From Eledone cirrhosa (lineage: Eukaryota): DNA of 64,000 nucleotides. Under the pieces are notes generated by a model. That model worked only from the letters and a program-made list of their open reading frames with translations, searched no databases and was not told the origin of the DNA. Positions 31,400 to 45,775 of the stretch are shown in pieces; positions within the stretch are counted from its first letter, which is position 1, and the number at the start of each line of letters is the position of its first letter. A program made the translations under genes and the position numbers. The DNA lies in the NCBI GenBank assembly GCA_964016885.1, contig OZ024740.1:69998001-70062000 (forward strand), written 5' to 3'.

Positions 31400-31864
31400 T
31401 TATATATATATATATATATATATATAATTACAACGGTAACATAAACTGGTACTCATGTTTTGTTGGATTCTGCACCCCAACCCAACGAAACTTGAGTACC
31501 TGTTTATGTCACTGTTGGAATTATTTATGCTAAACTTGTCCTATGGACTGAGTGCTCTTACTCTTGGATATTTCCACTTAACCTTTACTCCGAATTTATT
31601 ATTATTACTATATATATATAGGAAAAGAGTTAGGACCCCAACGGCTGAGCTCCAGCCGTTTCGACAGCTAGATCCGAACTAGGCCAGCAGTCACACATAA
31701 TATATATATTTATTTATTAAAATAACATATTAAAGTTTAAGCAAAGAAACACACACAGATGATATGATAGATAGATGGATTGAAAGTTACCAGTTTAAAC
31801 TACTATGACTATGTCGGCGCGAGTTCAGCTCTAGGACACTAAGTTTTCTCTCAATATATATATA

Positions 31865-32080
31865 TAAGGGGTGCTGAAAAATTCTTGAGTTTGGATAAAA
31901 GAAAATACAGGATGATCAGTTAAAAGAAAATACAGAAGGATCAGTTAATTATGATGTTATTCAACATATTCCCTTCTCATATTCACACACATATTGCAAC
32001 GGTCCTATCTCCTCTGTAAAGGTAACACCTCCACCATTTGGCGATACCCTTAAAGCCAGGAACATGGCAGCAACCCCTCG
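31865..32080. mobile_element. Tc1/mariner-derived MITE
   Basis: Imperfect TIRs TAAGGGGTGCTGAAAAATTCTTGAGTTT / AAAGCCAGGAACATGGCAGCAACCCCTCG with TA on both sides. Confidence 0.6.
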
Positions 32081-32417
32081 TATCTGTATATATATATATA
32101 TATATTTGTGTGTGGGGGGGGGTGTAAAAAGTAAACAAATATCAACACAATCGGTACAGTATATGGAAGGAATATATTAGGTTAACGCTTGATATAGCAG
32201 AAAGAGGGTCTTAACGATTCGGACGCTAGTCCTTCGTATATTAAACTAGTATAATTAACGAAGATCGCTGGTATAAATACATCCTTCGGCTAGTTCACTC
32301 AACAAATCTACTAAATATCTTGTAAATTGCAGTTATGCAGCTGCAATCAACTGTTCAGAGTGCACACATTTAGTTTTACCGTAGAGCGTTGGCTGTGTTT
32401 TTCATTAGATATGGATG

Positions 32418-32493
<76 letters not shown>

Positions 32494-32749
32494 ATATATA
32501 TATATATATATGATATATATGTATATAATCTGAGTTTTTCGAATATTAATAATAACATTCGATTCGTTTGCAATTATGAAAACAAGCCTCATTTTTAAAG
32601 CTATGTCAGTAGAATGAACCCTTAATTCTTGCTCTTGTGTTGGCATGTTCTGTTTTCATGCCAACACATGCCAACCCAAGAGCAAGAATGAAGGGTTCAT
32701 TTATTGTATTCAGCCATTTAGAGCAAGAATATATATATATACAATATAT

Positions 32750-33953
32750 ATATGCAGACAGAGGGTGAAGTGCACCCTACTGCTGCATTAAGTGTGGCCG
32801 AAACTCGAGTCCGAGAACTACTATAGGCACCCGTTTTACGTGTGTTGAATTGAAGCGAATAATTATGTGTATACTCTGGGAATGTTTCCTACATTACCTA
32901 TTGAGTACAACCGGTCCTGGCATTGATAAATATGCTGGGTCCGTCAACTCTGCAGTATCGGTAGAGGGTTGGACGCCATGCTTTCTAGCATAGTTACGTC
33001 CCTTTACAGTATGAGTTCAAATCCCGCCGAGGTTAACTTTGCCATTCATCCTTACGGGGTCGATAAAATAAAGTACCAGTAATGTACTGGGTAATTGCTG
33101 GCCTTGTGCCTAAAGTAGAAACAATTATTATTATCTCCCAACTAGCAGACTAATGAGAGTAAGGTAAACAATTTTTCACTTTTTTTTTTATTGTGTTTTG
33201 TTTTGATATGCACTCTATTTTCCTGCTATTAATTTTATCTCTCACTCTTTTAACTTGTGAAATAGACTGGTTTTACGCACGTGACTGCCGCAATCCAGCT
33301 CGCTACTAGATATCGCTGTATAATAGATACTCGCATTTAATGTCCGTTAAAGGTTCTTGGCACTACCGTTGTTACTATCGCTTTCCTCTAGCCATGGGGC
33401 TTGTAGACATGAGCCGAATGCTACCATTCTATTATACATCGATGTGGGACTGCTCTTTCTAATAACCATCTTTTCTCTATCTTATTAATTTGTGTTTGAG
33501 ACACGTTGGCTGAGTGCTCTTGACGGGAGCGAAAATATTTGTTTTCTAATCTCCCGCCACCACGTAAAGTTTGTAAATCGGTGGCTGGTCGGGGAACAGA
33601 GTTGTATCAGATTCCAGTTGCTAATCACTTTACTGTGTCGGCCGTCACAAACAGTCATGGCCGTCATGGGCTAGGGTTTGGATCTGTCGATAGATTGGTT
33701 ATTGATTAGGCGTTACCCGCTGATGAAGCCACATGCGCCGATTATGCATTGTTGCATAATATATGCAGACAGAGGGTGCAGTGCACCCTACTGCTGCATT
33801 AAGTGTGGCCGAAACTCGACTCCGGAAACTACTATAGGCATCCGTTTTACATGTGTTGTATTGAAGCGAATAACTATGTATCCTACATTACCTATTGAGT
33901 ACGCTGAGATACAACCGACCCCGGCATTGATAAATATGCTGAGTCCGTCAACT
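32750..33953 (+). repeat. Two dispersed ~190-bp copies (32750-32950 and 33763-33953) of a Penelope-like 3' end
   Basis: Near-identical sequence with a 5' hairpin; the first copy has the hammerhead 3' half GAAA CTCGAG TC. Confidence 0.6.
32953..33132 (+). mobile_element. tRNA-derived SINE, same family as 50-236
   Basis: GCAGTATCGGTAGAGGG...GAGTTCAAATCC...CATCCTTACGGGGTCGATAAAATAAAGTACCAG. Confidence 0.8.
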
Positions 33954-34095
33954 CCTTATTATATATATATATATATATATTTATAATGCATTTCTACACT
34001 CTACCATCTCGTATTGAGTAGTCACCCGGTTAACGTCTGAATATCTTAAATGCGACCGTATTTTAAACATATATTTTAATATATTCTAATACATA

Positions 34096-34151
<56 letters not shown>

Positions 34152-34515
34152 TATTCACAGAATTACCAATATACATGTGTGTTCTTGTGAATTTATGCGT
34201 GTGTACAAGAATTTGGTAAAGCGGGAGTAAAGGTGGAAGATACAGAGAAGATATGTTTAAATTCGGGGTAGGAGTGAGAGAAGTGGGATCAGAATCTGTT
34301 GATGTGAGAGCATAGGTGAAAGCAAGGGTTGGAGAATCTGTTAAAGAGGAAGCGGAGGTGAGTGAGAGGGGGTGGATAGAATGTGTTAAGCGAGGATGAT
34401 AGAATCTGTTAAAGTAAGAACAGAGGTGAGAAAGAGATGGTGGAGTGGAGAAGTTTGTAAAGTCGGAACACATGTGTGTGTGAGAGAGAGAGAGTGTGTG
34501 TGTGTGTGTGTGTGT

Positions 34516-34550
<35 letters not shown>

Positions 34551-34652
34551 CAGAATCTATTAATGCGAGATCAGAGGTTATAAAGAGATAGCTAGAAAGA
34601 GAGGAGATAGAGTGAAGAAAGATACATATGTATATGTATATATGTATGTATA

Positions 34653-34692
<40 letters not shown>

Positions 34693-34704
34693 GAGAAGAA
34701 AGAG

Positions 34705-35140
34705 GAATACTGCGTGGTTGCACATGGGTTACATATGATAAAAATAGTCCTTCGTCAGTGATTTTCCAACCATCATTGGTAATTCATCGCATTAAAAATC
34801 ATATACCTCAGGTTGGTGCGAGCAATAACTAAAAATAGTTATAGGGACCAGTAAATCGCATAAAGCGAGGGGGACAAGTAAACAACATAGAAGGATAAAA
34901 GCAAACCAAAGAAAGGAAAAAAACAAGCAACATGGTAGTCCTGGTCAGCATAAGCTGGGTGGATTTCATGAGCGAAAGGTACAAACGTCCGACGTGAGTG
35001 AGATGAAAGCAAGAAGAGACCCACTGTAAACCAAACGGGAGGAAGTGAGAAGGGGAGAAACAGAGAGTGGGTGGAAGTGGGAGGAAGCGGTCAGTCGAGA
35101 GAAAGTGTAACTGACAGAGGGGGCGAAATATATAATACAT
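34705..35140 (-). mobile_element. Diverged copy of the 18.6-19.9 kb repeat
   Basis: AGTCCTTCGTCAGTGATTTTCCAACCATCATTGGTA...GGTTGGTGCGAGCAA matches 18605-18685. Confidence 0.75.
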
Positions 35141-35359
35141 TAACAGAGAAAGCTTTTAGCGATACTCCGACCAACTCCCATCTCACTCAACAAACATTAG
35201 GATATACCTGAGTATAATCCCGATTATACGTTTGGGGTGCTAACTATATTGTATTTCGTGGATAGTCGGCTGTATTATTTTATATGAGACATAATTAAAT
35301 AAATCTCTCTTTCCATACGATCGTTTCGTTATAAGATATACTTTTTCCTATATATATAT

Positions 35360-35477
35360 ATATAGGAAAAAGTATGACCCCGACAGCAGAGCTCAAGCCG
35401 TTTCGATCGACGGCTATGTCCATAAATAGCCGTCGAAACCGCTTGAGCTCTGCCGTCGGGGTCATACTTTTTCCTAT
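35360..35477. repeat. Fold-back of a dispersed terminal sequence
   Basis: TAGGAAAAAGTATGACCCCGAC...GTCGGGGTCATACTTTTTCCTA. Related single arms at 31619-31665 and 37687-37727. Confidence 0.8.
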
Positions 35478-35553
35478 TACCCACTCTACTACCCTAAGTA
35501 TTGAGTACTCTGGTGCGTTATGGTCCATCTGGTTCCTTACCACAATTCCTTCG

Positions 35554-36206
<653 letters not shown>

Positions 36207-36425
36207 ATTAAGTTAAAAGTGTACATCTACATATGTATACTGAAATACTAGTATGCATATAAATACACACATGTATACATATGTACATGTACTGAGTTTT
36301 TCCTGGACACTTTACTGTGAGTGTCCAGCTAGTCTGTATGTAACCAAACAGACAAACCGGGTTTTAGAGTCATACGGGTTTTCAAGGAAACACATTTCCT
36401 CTATTCTCCAGAGAGCCAGACAGGA

Positions 36426-36468
36426 ATATTGGACTAGTTTCGATGTTATTACATCTCATCAGCAATAT
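36426..36468 (-). ncRNA. Type I hammerhead ribozyme (variant)
   Basis: Reverse complement of 36655-36697. Confidence 0.88.
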
Positions 36469-36654
36469 ATACCCATCTTCCGGCTTCTCTAGAGAATCGT
36501 AAAAGCACATATCGTTATATGCTTTTTCTATGAAAATTAGTAGTGGGCAGACTACGTTCTATGCAAATTAGTCTGCCCACTACTAATTTTCATAGAAAAA
36601 GCATATAACGATATGTGCTTTTACGATTCTCTAGAGAAGCCGGAAGATGGGTAT

Positions 36655-36697
36655 ATATTGCTGATGAGATGTAATAACATCGAAACTAGTCCAATAT
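36655..36697 (+). ncRNA. Type I hammerhead ribozyme with GUC cleavage triplet
   Basis: ATATTG CTGATGA GATGT-AATA-ACATC GAAA CTAG TC CAATAT. Confidence 0.9.
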
Positions 36698-36985
36698 TCC
36701 TGTCTGGCTCTCTGGAGAATAGAGGAAATGTGTTTCCTTGAAAACCCGTATGACTCTAAAACCCGGTTTGTCTGTTTGGTTACATACAGACTAGCTGGAC
36801 ACTCACAGTAAAGTGTCCAGTGAAAAACTCAGTACATGTACATATGTATACATGTGTGTATTTATATGCATACTAGTATTTCAGTATACATATGTAGATG
36901 TACACTTTTAACTTAATTGTTTAAGCGTCAGTCATACAAAAGTGAGTTAGAAGCGAAACGAAATTTAATTTCGTTTCGTTATTTG

Positions 36986-37023
<38 letters not shown>

Positions 37024-37049
37024 GAGAGAGGGAGAGAGAGAGAGAGCGG

Positions 37050-37128
<79 letters not shown>

Positions 37129-37749
37129 AGAGAAATAGAGACGGTCTGACAAAACCCAGAAACAGCAACAAACTCTATCAAACTATTTTCATCAGATACC
37201 GTATAGATAAGGTGGTAGCGTAGACAAAAGTCTATTCTTGGTTAGCAGAATTTCAATCTTTTAATTTTATTGCTATTGTTTTGTAGTTTTATTCCAGTCA
37301 CTAACGCTTGCTTAACTAGAAAGAAAAAAATACGCTAAGATTCTTGTGTATACTTTCATATTCGGAATTCATTAAATTATTTGAGTTAATACACACACAC
37401 ATACACACACACACGTGTATATGTGTATATACAAACATACATACATGCATACATACATATATTTATATATAAAATATATATTGATTTCTATTTCATATTT
37501 CAAGTTTGAAATAAGAAATAGAAGCTTTCGCCGTATTTTTTTCTAAAGAAATTTTAGCCTGATAGTGGGGTTTAGTTCCATTTCTTAGAGGGTTCTAAAC
37601 CCTGTTGTCAGGCTAACAATTCTTTAGTAAAAAAAAATACGGCGAAAGCTTCGATTTCGAATATATATATATATATAATCAGAATGGAAACGGCCGGAGC
37701 TCAACCGTCGGGGTCCCAAATTTTTCATATATATATATATGGGCATACA

Positions 37750-37905
37750 TGGCCATGTCGCCAAGGAGTTCACTAAGCATCCATACAGGACTGGGTTCGG
37801 TTCTGCTGCGCAGTCATTTGGGGCAAGTGTTATCTAGTATGGACTCTGGATTAATCAATGCATTATGAGTGGAACTTGGTAGATGAAAACTGCAGAAGCC
37901 CATCT
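37750..37905 (+). mobile_element. Second, older tRNA-derived SINE family
   Basis: GGGTTCGG B-box-like motif, then TTGGGGCAAGTG and GAGTGGAACTTGGTAGATGAAAACTG. Weaker relatives near 8690-8790 (+) and 52790-52890 (-). Confidence 0.5.
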
Positions 37906-38973
37906 CATGTACGAATTTATGTGTGTGTGTATATGTGTGTGCGCTTGTGTGTATGTTTTTCTGTCTGTGCCTCTGTTTATGTCTGATAATTTAGCGATTC
38001 GACAAAAATTGATCGATAAAATATGTGATGCTGAGGGAGGAATTTATCCTCAAGCTAGAGTGTTCCGAATGCTCATAGAGTGTTAGAACCCATCCACTAA
38101 TCGGCGGCACATTGCTAACATCTTGGGGATATGTGCATGAAACGATGTATGATTAATCATATCGATCTGCGGATCAATCATCGATTCTGATTCAGGATCA
38201 CCACCCCTCGTGATCCAATGTATCTTTATTACTGTTTGTGTTTGCTGACTGCTTAATAGCGGACTTGAAATTTTTAAGCGATAAATTGCATATTGCTGTA
38301 TTCGGCTTATTTGTATATTGCTTGTCATAGTTTGTGAGAGTGGCTGTCTCTATAAGTGAGGAGATCTCTGAGATTTTCTATAAACCAATGTGACCGCAAA
38401 ACCGTTCTCTGAGGGACTCAACTCCTTATTATTGTTTCTCATGGGAGAGAACATTTGGCTGTAACTTAAGATGTCATGTTGTAGGGACCAAATCTATTGT
38501 AACATATCATTCATGATAACATGATAACATGATAATCTTTGTCGAAACCTTTGGCAAAAACGATATATATCACTTGAGAAGTTTAGTAATTATTTTAACG
38601 CTCAGTTGCAATGTGCGATCTGTGAAATAGACCTGTAGTTTTAGCAGCTGTTATGCCTCCCTTTTATAGACGCAAGGGAATGTTTATATAACATTTCATC
38701 TGATATGTAAATCTGGAATATGTTGTAAAATATTCATCTTCCTATTGAATATTCTGATCAAATTCTTTTCTATTTATCTTTATTTCTCCTCTCTGTTGCA
38801 TTTGAATCAATACAATGTTGTTTCCATTACCGGTCGTAAGCCGCTTCCCTGAGTTTATACATGTATATAATGAACCAATGAGCGAGATTTCAATATATTT
38901 TCTCAACCTTATAGACCTAATCGCCAAATCACACTAAAATCATACCCTCTTGTTTAATGTTACTTTGATAAAA

Positions 38974-39003
38974 TACCCGGGCATCACCGGGTACATCTTC
39001 TAA
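38974..39003 (+). mobile_element. Helitron-like 3' terminus
   Basis: Hairpin TACCCGG-GCATCA-CCGGGTA, then 10 nt ending in CTAA (CTRR) and followed by T. Confidence 0.55.
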
Positions 39004-40039
39004 TATAATATAAAATTACAAAACTATATAAATGTAAATCCACCTACGTTTACCTTAATAAATGAAAGCTATTTCTATACTCTCTCTCTAACAATAGTAA
39101 GCATATAGACTTAAGTTAGAGTGATTTAATATAGAAACTATTCAACGGAAATAATTAGTAGGAACTTTAAATATATATATAAATTCTGGTAATCACGCTA
39201 GAGCGGTTTTATTTTCTCTCAAAGTATATCCAAAGCTGATTGAGATAAAATGTATTTTGCCCCAGTAATTAATTATTCAAATTTTCTTTGCTGCACCACT
39301 AGATTACAGAATTTCTTGTCCCTCTATATCTAACAAATAGAAAAGTTACTTTATTAAGATCGATATGTTATGTTCGATATTTTTCTCTAATCAGTTCCTT
39401 TTGTCATTGAGAATTATTTTGCTTCAAATAAATCTTATTTTGCTATTTTTGTATGTGATCGTACGAAAATATGTCAACAAGTGGAGAGGAAGCCGTTTGT
39501 TTTCTTTTCATTTCAGACTGACGGATTCTGGATAGGAAAGTTGATATATGATATTAGAAAGCCTGATTGCCTGTATCACAGTTCACAGTCGCCCACTGGC
39601 CAGCTAATAAGTCATGAAGTCGTTCAAGTTCAAATAATCAGTTTATTCCTTCGTGTAAAACATTGCTGTTCTTTCAAACATTCTCTTTCTAAAAACAAGT
39701 CTATTGGCTTGATGCCTCGCTCTTTAGGCTCCGAGCCAAGCTATTTGTTGGAATCAACACAGAGGCCTTCTTTTTCAATTCTAAACTCAGCAGTGTGCAA
39801 GGTTGGTGATAAATGATTTCGATTTAAAGTTATTTGAAACTGAACGAAATAATCCTTGAAAATTGATTATTTAAAACCTTACTGATTGCCTTGTTTTCTC
39901 TCAAACTAAATTCAGAATACTTTCTTCCGTTTCCTACTTTTGCTGTAGTATTTTTCTGATATTTTATTAGAAAATTTAAAATCTGTTCATAGATGCATAT
40001 CATTGTTTTTTTGTTTTTGTTTTTTATTAAGTAGTTGGG

Positions 40040-41170
40040 AGAGGTTGAAATAGTAAAGTGGACAAGTTGTTGGAGTTATAGCCAAATGGGTTTCATTTTT
40101 ATAATAGTGACTGCACTATTTTTGGTTACATGTGATACTAACATGTCAATGTCTCAGTTCATCTAACTGTAAATATTAATTGTTTTTATTAAGAACAGGG
40201 GAGATTTACAAATGACAATGGAGACTGGGTGCTGCAATTTGAGCCTCATGATCGACAGGTTGTATTTCTATAATTTCCATTGCCTTCCTGTGATTGGAAG
40301 ACTGGCATCTCCGATGTACTTAAAAGAAACCAATATTTACCAAGCTGCAAATACAAAGTAGATAGTGTTTAAGTTCCGGCTAAATGATCAGCGGATTACA
40401 TTTCTAACATTGACATTACGACATTTCACTGTCTCAGATCCCTTATTTGTAAATAGTAGGTAGACAGATTTCATACCAAAAGCAGTGACTCAACATAACT
40501 TTTGCTTGTTTGTTCTTTTAACTTTCAGTTCTGAGTTCAAATCCTTCTATACACTTTAAGGCTTCTGATACCAACCCATCCAAAATAGCCTCTGATTATA
40601 TGAAAAGAATAACACCCTTTATAATTGATTCCTATTGAAATTAAATCCTTCCACTGTGATGTATGGCTTTCCAGCTTGATGCAGATACATAACTTTGGTT
40701 TTGCTGGTGTTCATTGTGAGCCCAAATTTGTCGCAGACGTATGAGAAGCAATCTTATGTTGTTTGCTGGAATTGAGGACACAATCACCACTGAACAAGAA
40801 GTCTCTGGTGAAGGTCTATTTTACATGTCTAGATGCAATTGAGGCCATCAGTGTCATACGTATTTCACTGTGCCCTAATTGCACTCCACAGCGCCTTGCT
40901 AGGTCCACCTTTCTACGCGTTTGATCATCAAGTGGTGGTTTCCTTCCTCTTGTTCACCAGATCCAATTTTTCCATGCATAGACAAGCCCTAGCTTACTAA
41001 TGGAAGGCCGTTGACTTCACCTTGTCATGGACTTTTTTTTCATCCCCTTAGGTGTCGAATAAATCTCCTCCGCAACAAGCTAGCTTGGTTGGGCTGCCAG
41101 TTTAGCCACGGATGACCCAGCCATGCAACATGTTGTACTGTGTTACATGTTATCAGTAACACTTGACAGA
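40040..41170. pseudogene. RTE-clade LINE fragments
   Basis: + strand GRFTNDNGDWVLQF (RTE APE NDNG motif) near 40200; - strand CDKFGLTMNTSKTKVM (RTE RT) near 40690-40737. Confidence 0.6.
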
Positions 41171-42963
41171 GACCTGGCTGGTAATACAATAACACTTCAA
41201 AAATTTACATCTACGTATCTTCTGATTTTGTCTTCTTAATATCAAGATCGTTTGAGGTTGGTAAACAAAATATTTATTTGATGGAAATACCAAATTGGCT
41301 TTGATGAGAAAAGTGTAACCTTCAGCCTGTAAGACACAGAGTCAATTGTACATGATTTATTTCGTAACAAAAGTAGTGCTTTCAACACCAGAAAATATTT
41401 TCTATAGTTCTATAAAAGTGTTAAAGTCACGCCAACAAATAATGATGTGATGGGATAATATTACAAGATAAAAAAATTAACATCATCTTCAATTGCGTCA
41501 ACCCTATTCAAATCAGGTTTCTTTATTTTGTACATCTAGACAGCACTTGTGTTGTTGATATCGTCATTGTCATTATTCTTGTTTTTATTGGTTTTGTTGT
41601 TGTTGTTGTTTAGTGCCAATCCTTTATTACTAGTTTATTTATTTTTCTTTTATTTGTTGTTGTTTTACTAATTCCACTTCATTCGTTCTTCATGACTGGT
41701 TTTTGCATTGGTTGATCGGTTTTCATTCTTTATTAAGATAACACATTGTTATGATCTCAGGCAAACAAAAATGTTACAAATATAACAAAGAAAAAAAAAC
41801 GAGAAGATAAATAGTTTACTCGTATATATTTCCTTTGTCTGTTTGTCGAAGCAACTAATTCTAAAGTAATATCAACCGATACATCTTAGAAATATTTCAC
41901 ATTATTATATTTTATTTTTCACGGCTGAGAATAGGCAGAGTTGTTTGAACATCGGATTAAATGGTCACCGCAAGATGTAAGAATGACTAAGGCTGTATTT
42001 CATCTGGCTTCTTGTTCTTTGTGTATCGAATCCCACCTAGGTCAACTTAGCTTTGTGCATTTTTGTGGTCGATAAATAAAGTACTAGATAAGGGAGAATT
42101 TGACTGGCAGAAATGTTAAAGAATAGCATCGGATGGTATGCTTTCCAAAGTCTCTTTCAGCCTTTTGCCTTCTGCATTTTACAGTGATGCTTCAGTCAGG
42201 AATTACAATGGGCAGATAGTATCATCAATGGAAAGATCAATGGAAATATAGTTTACTTGGTCTGATCTGACGATCGGCTCCTTTCCTTTTATTCTATTCT
42301 TTTAAAAAACTTTCTGGTTGGGGGTGGGGTCAGAACAGTACGAATGATGATATATACGTGAAACAAAAAATAACAATCACAAACACACAGCGAGAGAGGC
42401 AAAAACCATAACATCAAAAAGTACGATAAACCAATCAAATGGTTTGTTTGCTAAATATCTTGTCATGATGTGGTTGATGTTTTTAAAAGATATGATCAAG
42501 CAGCGTAAGTTAGGTTATTACTTTTTTTTTTTCTCTAAAGACAAAACGAAATGTAACCGTACAATAAAAAACGAATAAGAAAAATGAGGTTCATGCAGTG
42601 GTCAATTAGGTTTACATTTAGATAAAGATGAATTGAATTGAGCCAGCAGATGAATAGTGGTCATTAATTTAACTTACAACAGCACTTAGATACACTCTAT
42701 AGGAGGTCATAGCACACATACACAGCAAGCAAAGACACATATACAGAAATAAATGAATAGTATATATTACACACAGACACACACTCACACCACAGGAAGA
42801 GAGAGAGTGAAAGAGAGAGATGTATACATACTTATACATGTATAATAGACACATACACAAACACACACATATACATGTGTGTGTGTGTGCGTGCGTGTAC
42901 ATTGTATGTACATTTCTATGTTTCTGTATATATATAGATACATATATATATATATATATTATA

Positions 42964-43053
<90 letters not shown>

Positions 43054-43070
43054 TATATATAAATATACAT

Positions 43071-43143
<73 letters not shown>

Positions 43144-43843
43144 AAGAGACCCGTACATAAATACTTACTTAGATACATACATAATATTAAGATGGTGATA
43201 AGGATAATAAATGAAACCTTTGCTTTTATTTTTGATCTTCATTACTCATATGCTCGCGATGATGGTTTGTGTTATTGTTGATATTTATGTCGAATTTGTT
43301 CTTGTCTTCTTTGTTATTGTGGGCGTCGTCGTCGTTGTCGTCGTTTGTGTTTTCAATATCCATGTTGGCAAAAGTCAAATTTGGCTCAAAATCTGTTGGA
43401 AAACATCATTGTTGGTGGCGGGGATTATCAAGCAAACCTTTCAATTTATTCTTATTTAATCCATTTACTTTTCTAAAATAAATACTTTTTCACCCTCGTC
43501 TAATTTCAACATCTTTCGTTCATACTCTTTATCTCCATCTGGTTTGTTAGCCCCCACAGTTCATTTCATTTCATTCGTTTTTTACTATGTTTTTTTTATT
43601 ATTATTTTATCCTTTTAATCTCCCTACTACTGCGTTTCTTCAGTTTCCTACCCTCGCCGATTCATTCTTCTCCAATTAACATTTGTTTTCTATTTATTCA
43701 TCTATTTTGTTATTCTATTTCGTCTCCAGTAACTTCGTAAATTTGTATTCAACCTTATCCATCTATTTGTTTCCTTTTAAAAGTATTCAGTTTACATTTA
43801 GTTCATTGCTGCTTGTTTGTGTGGCGTTAAGAGAAAGGCTTGG

Positions 43844-43907
43844 AGAAGAAGAAGAAGAAGAAGAAGAAGAAGAAGAAGAAGAAGAAGAAGAAGAAGAAGA
43901 AGAAGAA
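43844..43907. repeat. (GAA)n trinucleotide repeat
   Basis: About 21 units directly visible. Confidence 0.95.
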
Positions 43908-45737
43908 ATCACTAGAGAAAAAGAAGAAATGCTTGCTCATTAGTATCAGGACGAACGAATTAGTAGCGTTTAGCAGCCGAAAATCATTATTCATCTTAAT
44001 ATCCCAAATTATTGTCAAATTTGTCAAGCAGACAGGTCAACAAAGGGCGTTATGAAGCGAAAGTGTTCGCTGACTTACTCATCTAATCAAGTAATATCAA
44101 CAAATCTATCCAGCAGCAACGTTAAAGAAAAAATAAACAAACAAACATCTACACTTTGGAAGCTGTCGTCGTTGTGGATAAAGATTGAAAGAGAAAGAAG
44201 TGATGGAGTGTGGTTGGGGGTTCTGCATTTGTTGGCAATGTTTCCAAAATGTGATGCATATTTCGCTCTTGATAATAAATCAAAAGATTGCATTTGCATG
44301 GCCGTGATGACAGTCGAGTAATAATCATTTTGACTTGCCTTGACTATCGCTCTGCTGTACTACAAGATGGCGTGTTGCAACTGGAGTAACAACTTTGTAA
44401 TGATCAGTAACCTCGTAGGATGGACAGCTTCCGGTTGCACTTTCAAGTCGTCGATGTACGTGCATGAATGTGTATGAAAGTGGGTGTTGACGTGGGTGTT
44501 GGTGTGTGTGAGTTTGGAAGGTGGGGCAGCATGTTGTTTAAATTGTTTGTTTTGTTTCTATTTTATTTTTCGTTCCAGCTATTTGGTGGAAAAACAAAAC
44601 CTAGTAAATTTTTATTAACGCATTAAAGTCATCATAAAACAGCACTGATGAAGAAATTGGCTATTGTTGTGTGCCTTATCAAAACAAGATCAATTGAAAC
44701 CTCAGTGACATAACTATATTTTAATGTTTGTTTAAATTAGCGACGTATTTAAACGTTACTCCAGGAATTAGCAAAGCTTTTACACAATTAATTGAAGTCA
44801 TGTTAAATTCAGTTATTGACAAACACAAATGTTTAGGTAATATAGTATTAGCAATAAGCTGTGTAATTATTGAATTAACAAAGTATCTACCAATGTATAC
44901 AAATAAAGGAAGAGAGAAAGAGAGAAGTTAAAAGCAAGAACAGATGACACGATTGATAGAGCAATGGGCAGCCAGTCGAATATGGTTCGTATAGTGCTGT
45001 TGTCATATAATTTTCAAACGATTTACACTTTCTAAATGAAAATAGATACCGCAAGGTACATACGCGAGAGTATTTGATTTGTTAGAAATAAAATGATTTT
45101 ACTGAAATAAATAAAAGATTAATGAAAACCAAAATATATCAAGATGATTATATAAATATTTTCCTCCAGTGACGTTGCATTAGAGAACCCCACAATTCTG
45201 TTCTTCTATCTCTCCCCCCCCCCCCATCGTAACGTGCTCTGTGGCACCTAATTCTACTTGGTGTCAACTTTCGTGTTTGGTGGAGTATGATAATTGCCAG
45301 CTCGAAATGAGCTTAGTTCATGTAGTTAGCAATGTATCTCTAGTAATTATTTCAATGTTTATACTTTCCTCTTCTACTAACTCGTCTTATGAAACCATCC
45401 ATTTATCTAAGTCCTCACTTGCAATTAAATACTCACCCATTGCAATTTTTCTGCTCAGTTACATTATTGGGATTTTCATGATGTACTACTGAGTAGGATC
45501 GGTCTATTCATTGTTTTTTTATTACCTTGTGTTAGAGTTCACTCTTTTTTTCAGCTCTTTTATTTTTTAATCTCCAGTGCATTTACTGACAGTTTACTCC
45601 CTTTGTTCCTTTGTTCCTTCACTAACTTTTCCTCACAATAGCTGACTGAATACACACGCGCTTTTTAAAAAATATATTTTCTGCTGCTTCCTCATCTCAC
45701 TCTCTGTCATTCCGTTTCATCTTATATTTTACATTCA

Positions 45738-45775
45738 ATCTTCTGATGAAGGACTAGTGACTGAAAAGTAAAGAT
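45738..45775 (+). ncRNA. Degenerate minimal hammerhead in a Penelope-like 3' end
   Basis: ATCTT CTGATGA AGGACTAGTGACT GAAA AG TA AAGAT: stem I intact, stems II and III eroded. Confidence 0.5.

Larger units (their letters stand above)
36206..36990. repeat. Inverted pair of a variant of the 467-bp hammerhead unit
   Basis: Arm 36206-36553 and inverted arm ~36559-36990, both flanked by (TA)n. Confidence 0.92.

Noticed and set aside
39481-39816. 111-aa ORF after a TTTCAG acceptor-like site; also ORFs 38083-38328 and 6681-6977
   Set aside because: No recognisable domain or convincing donor site; cannot be supported without expression data.
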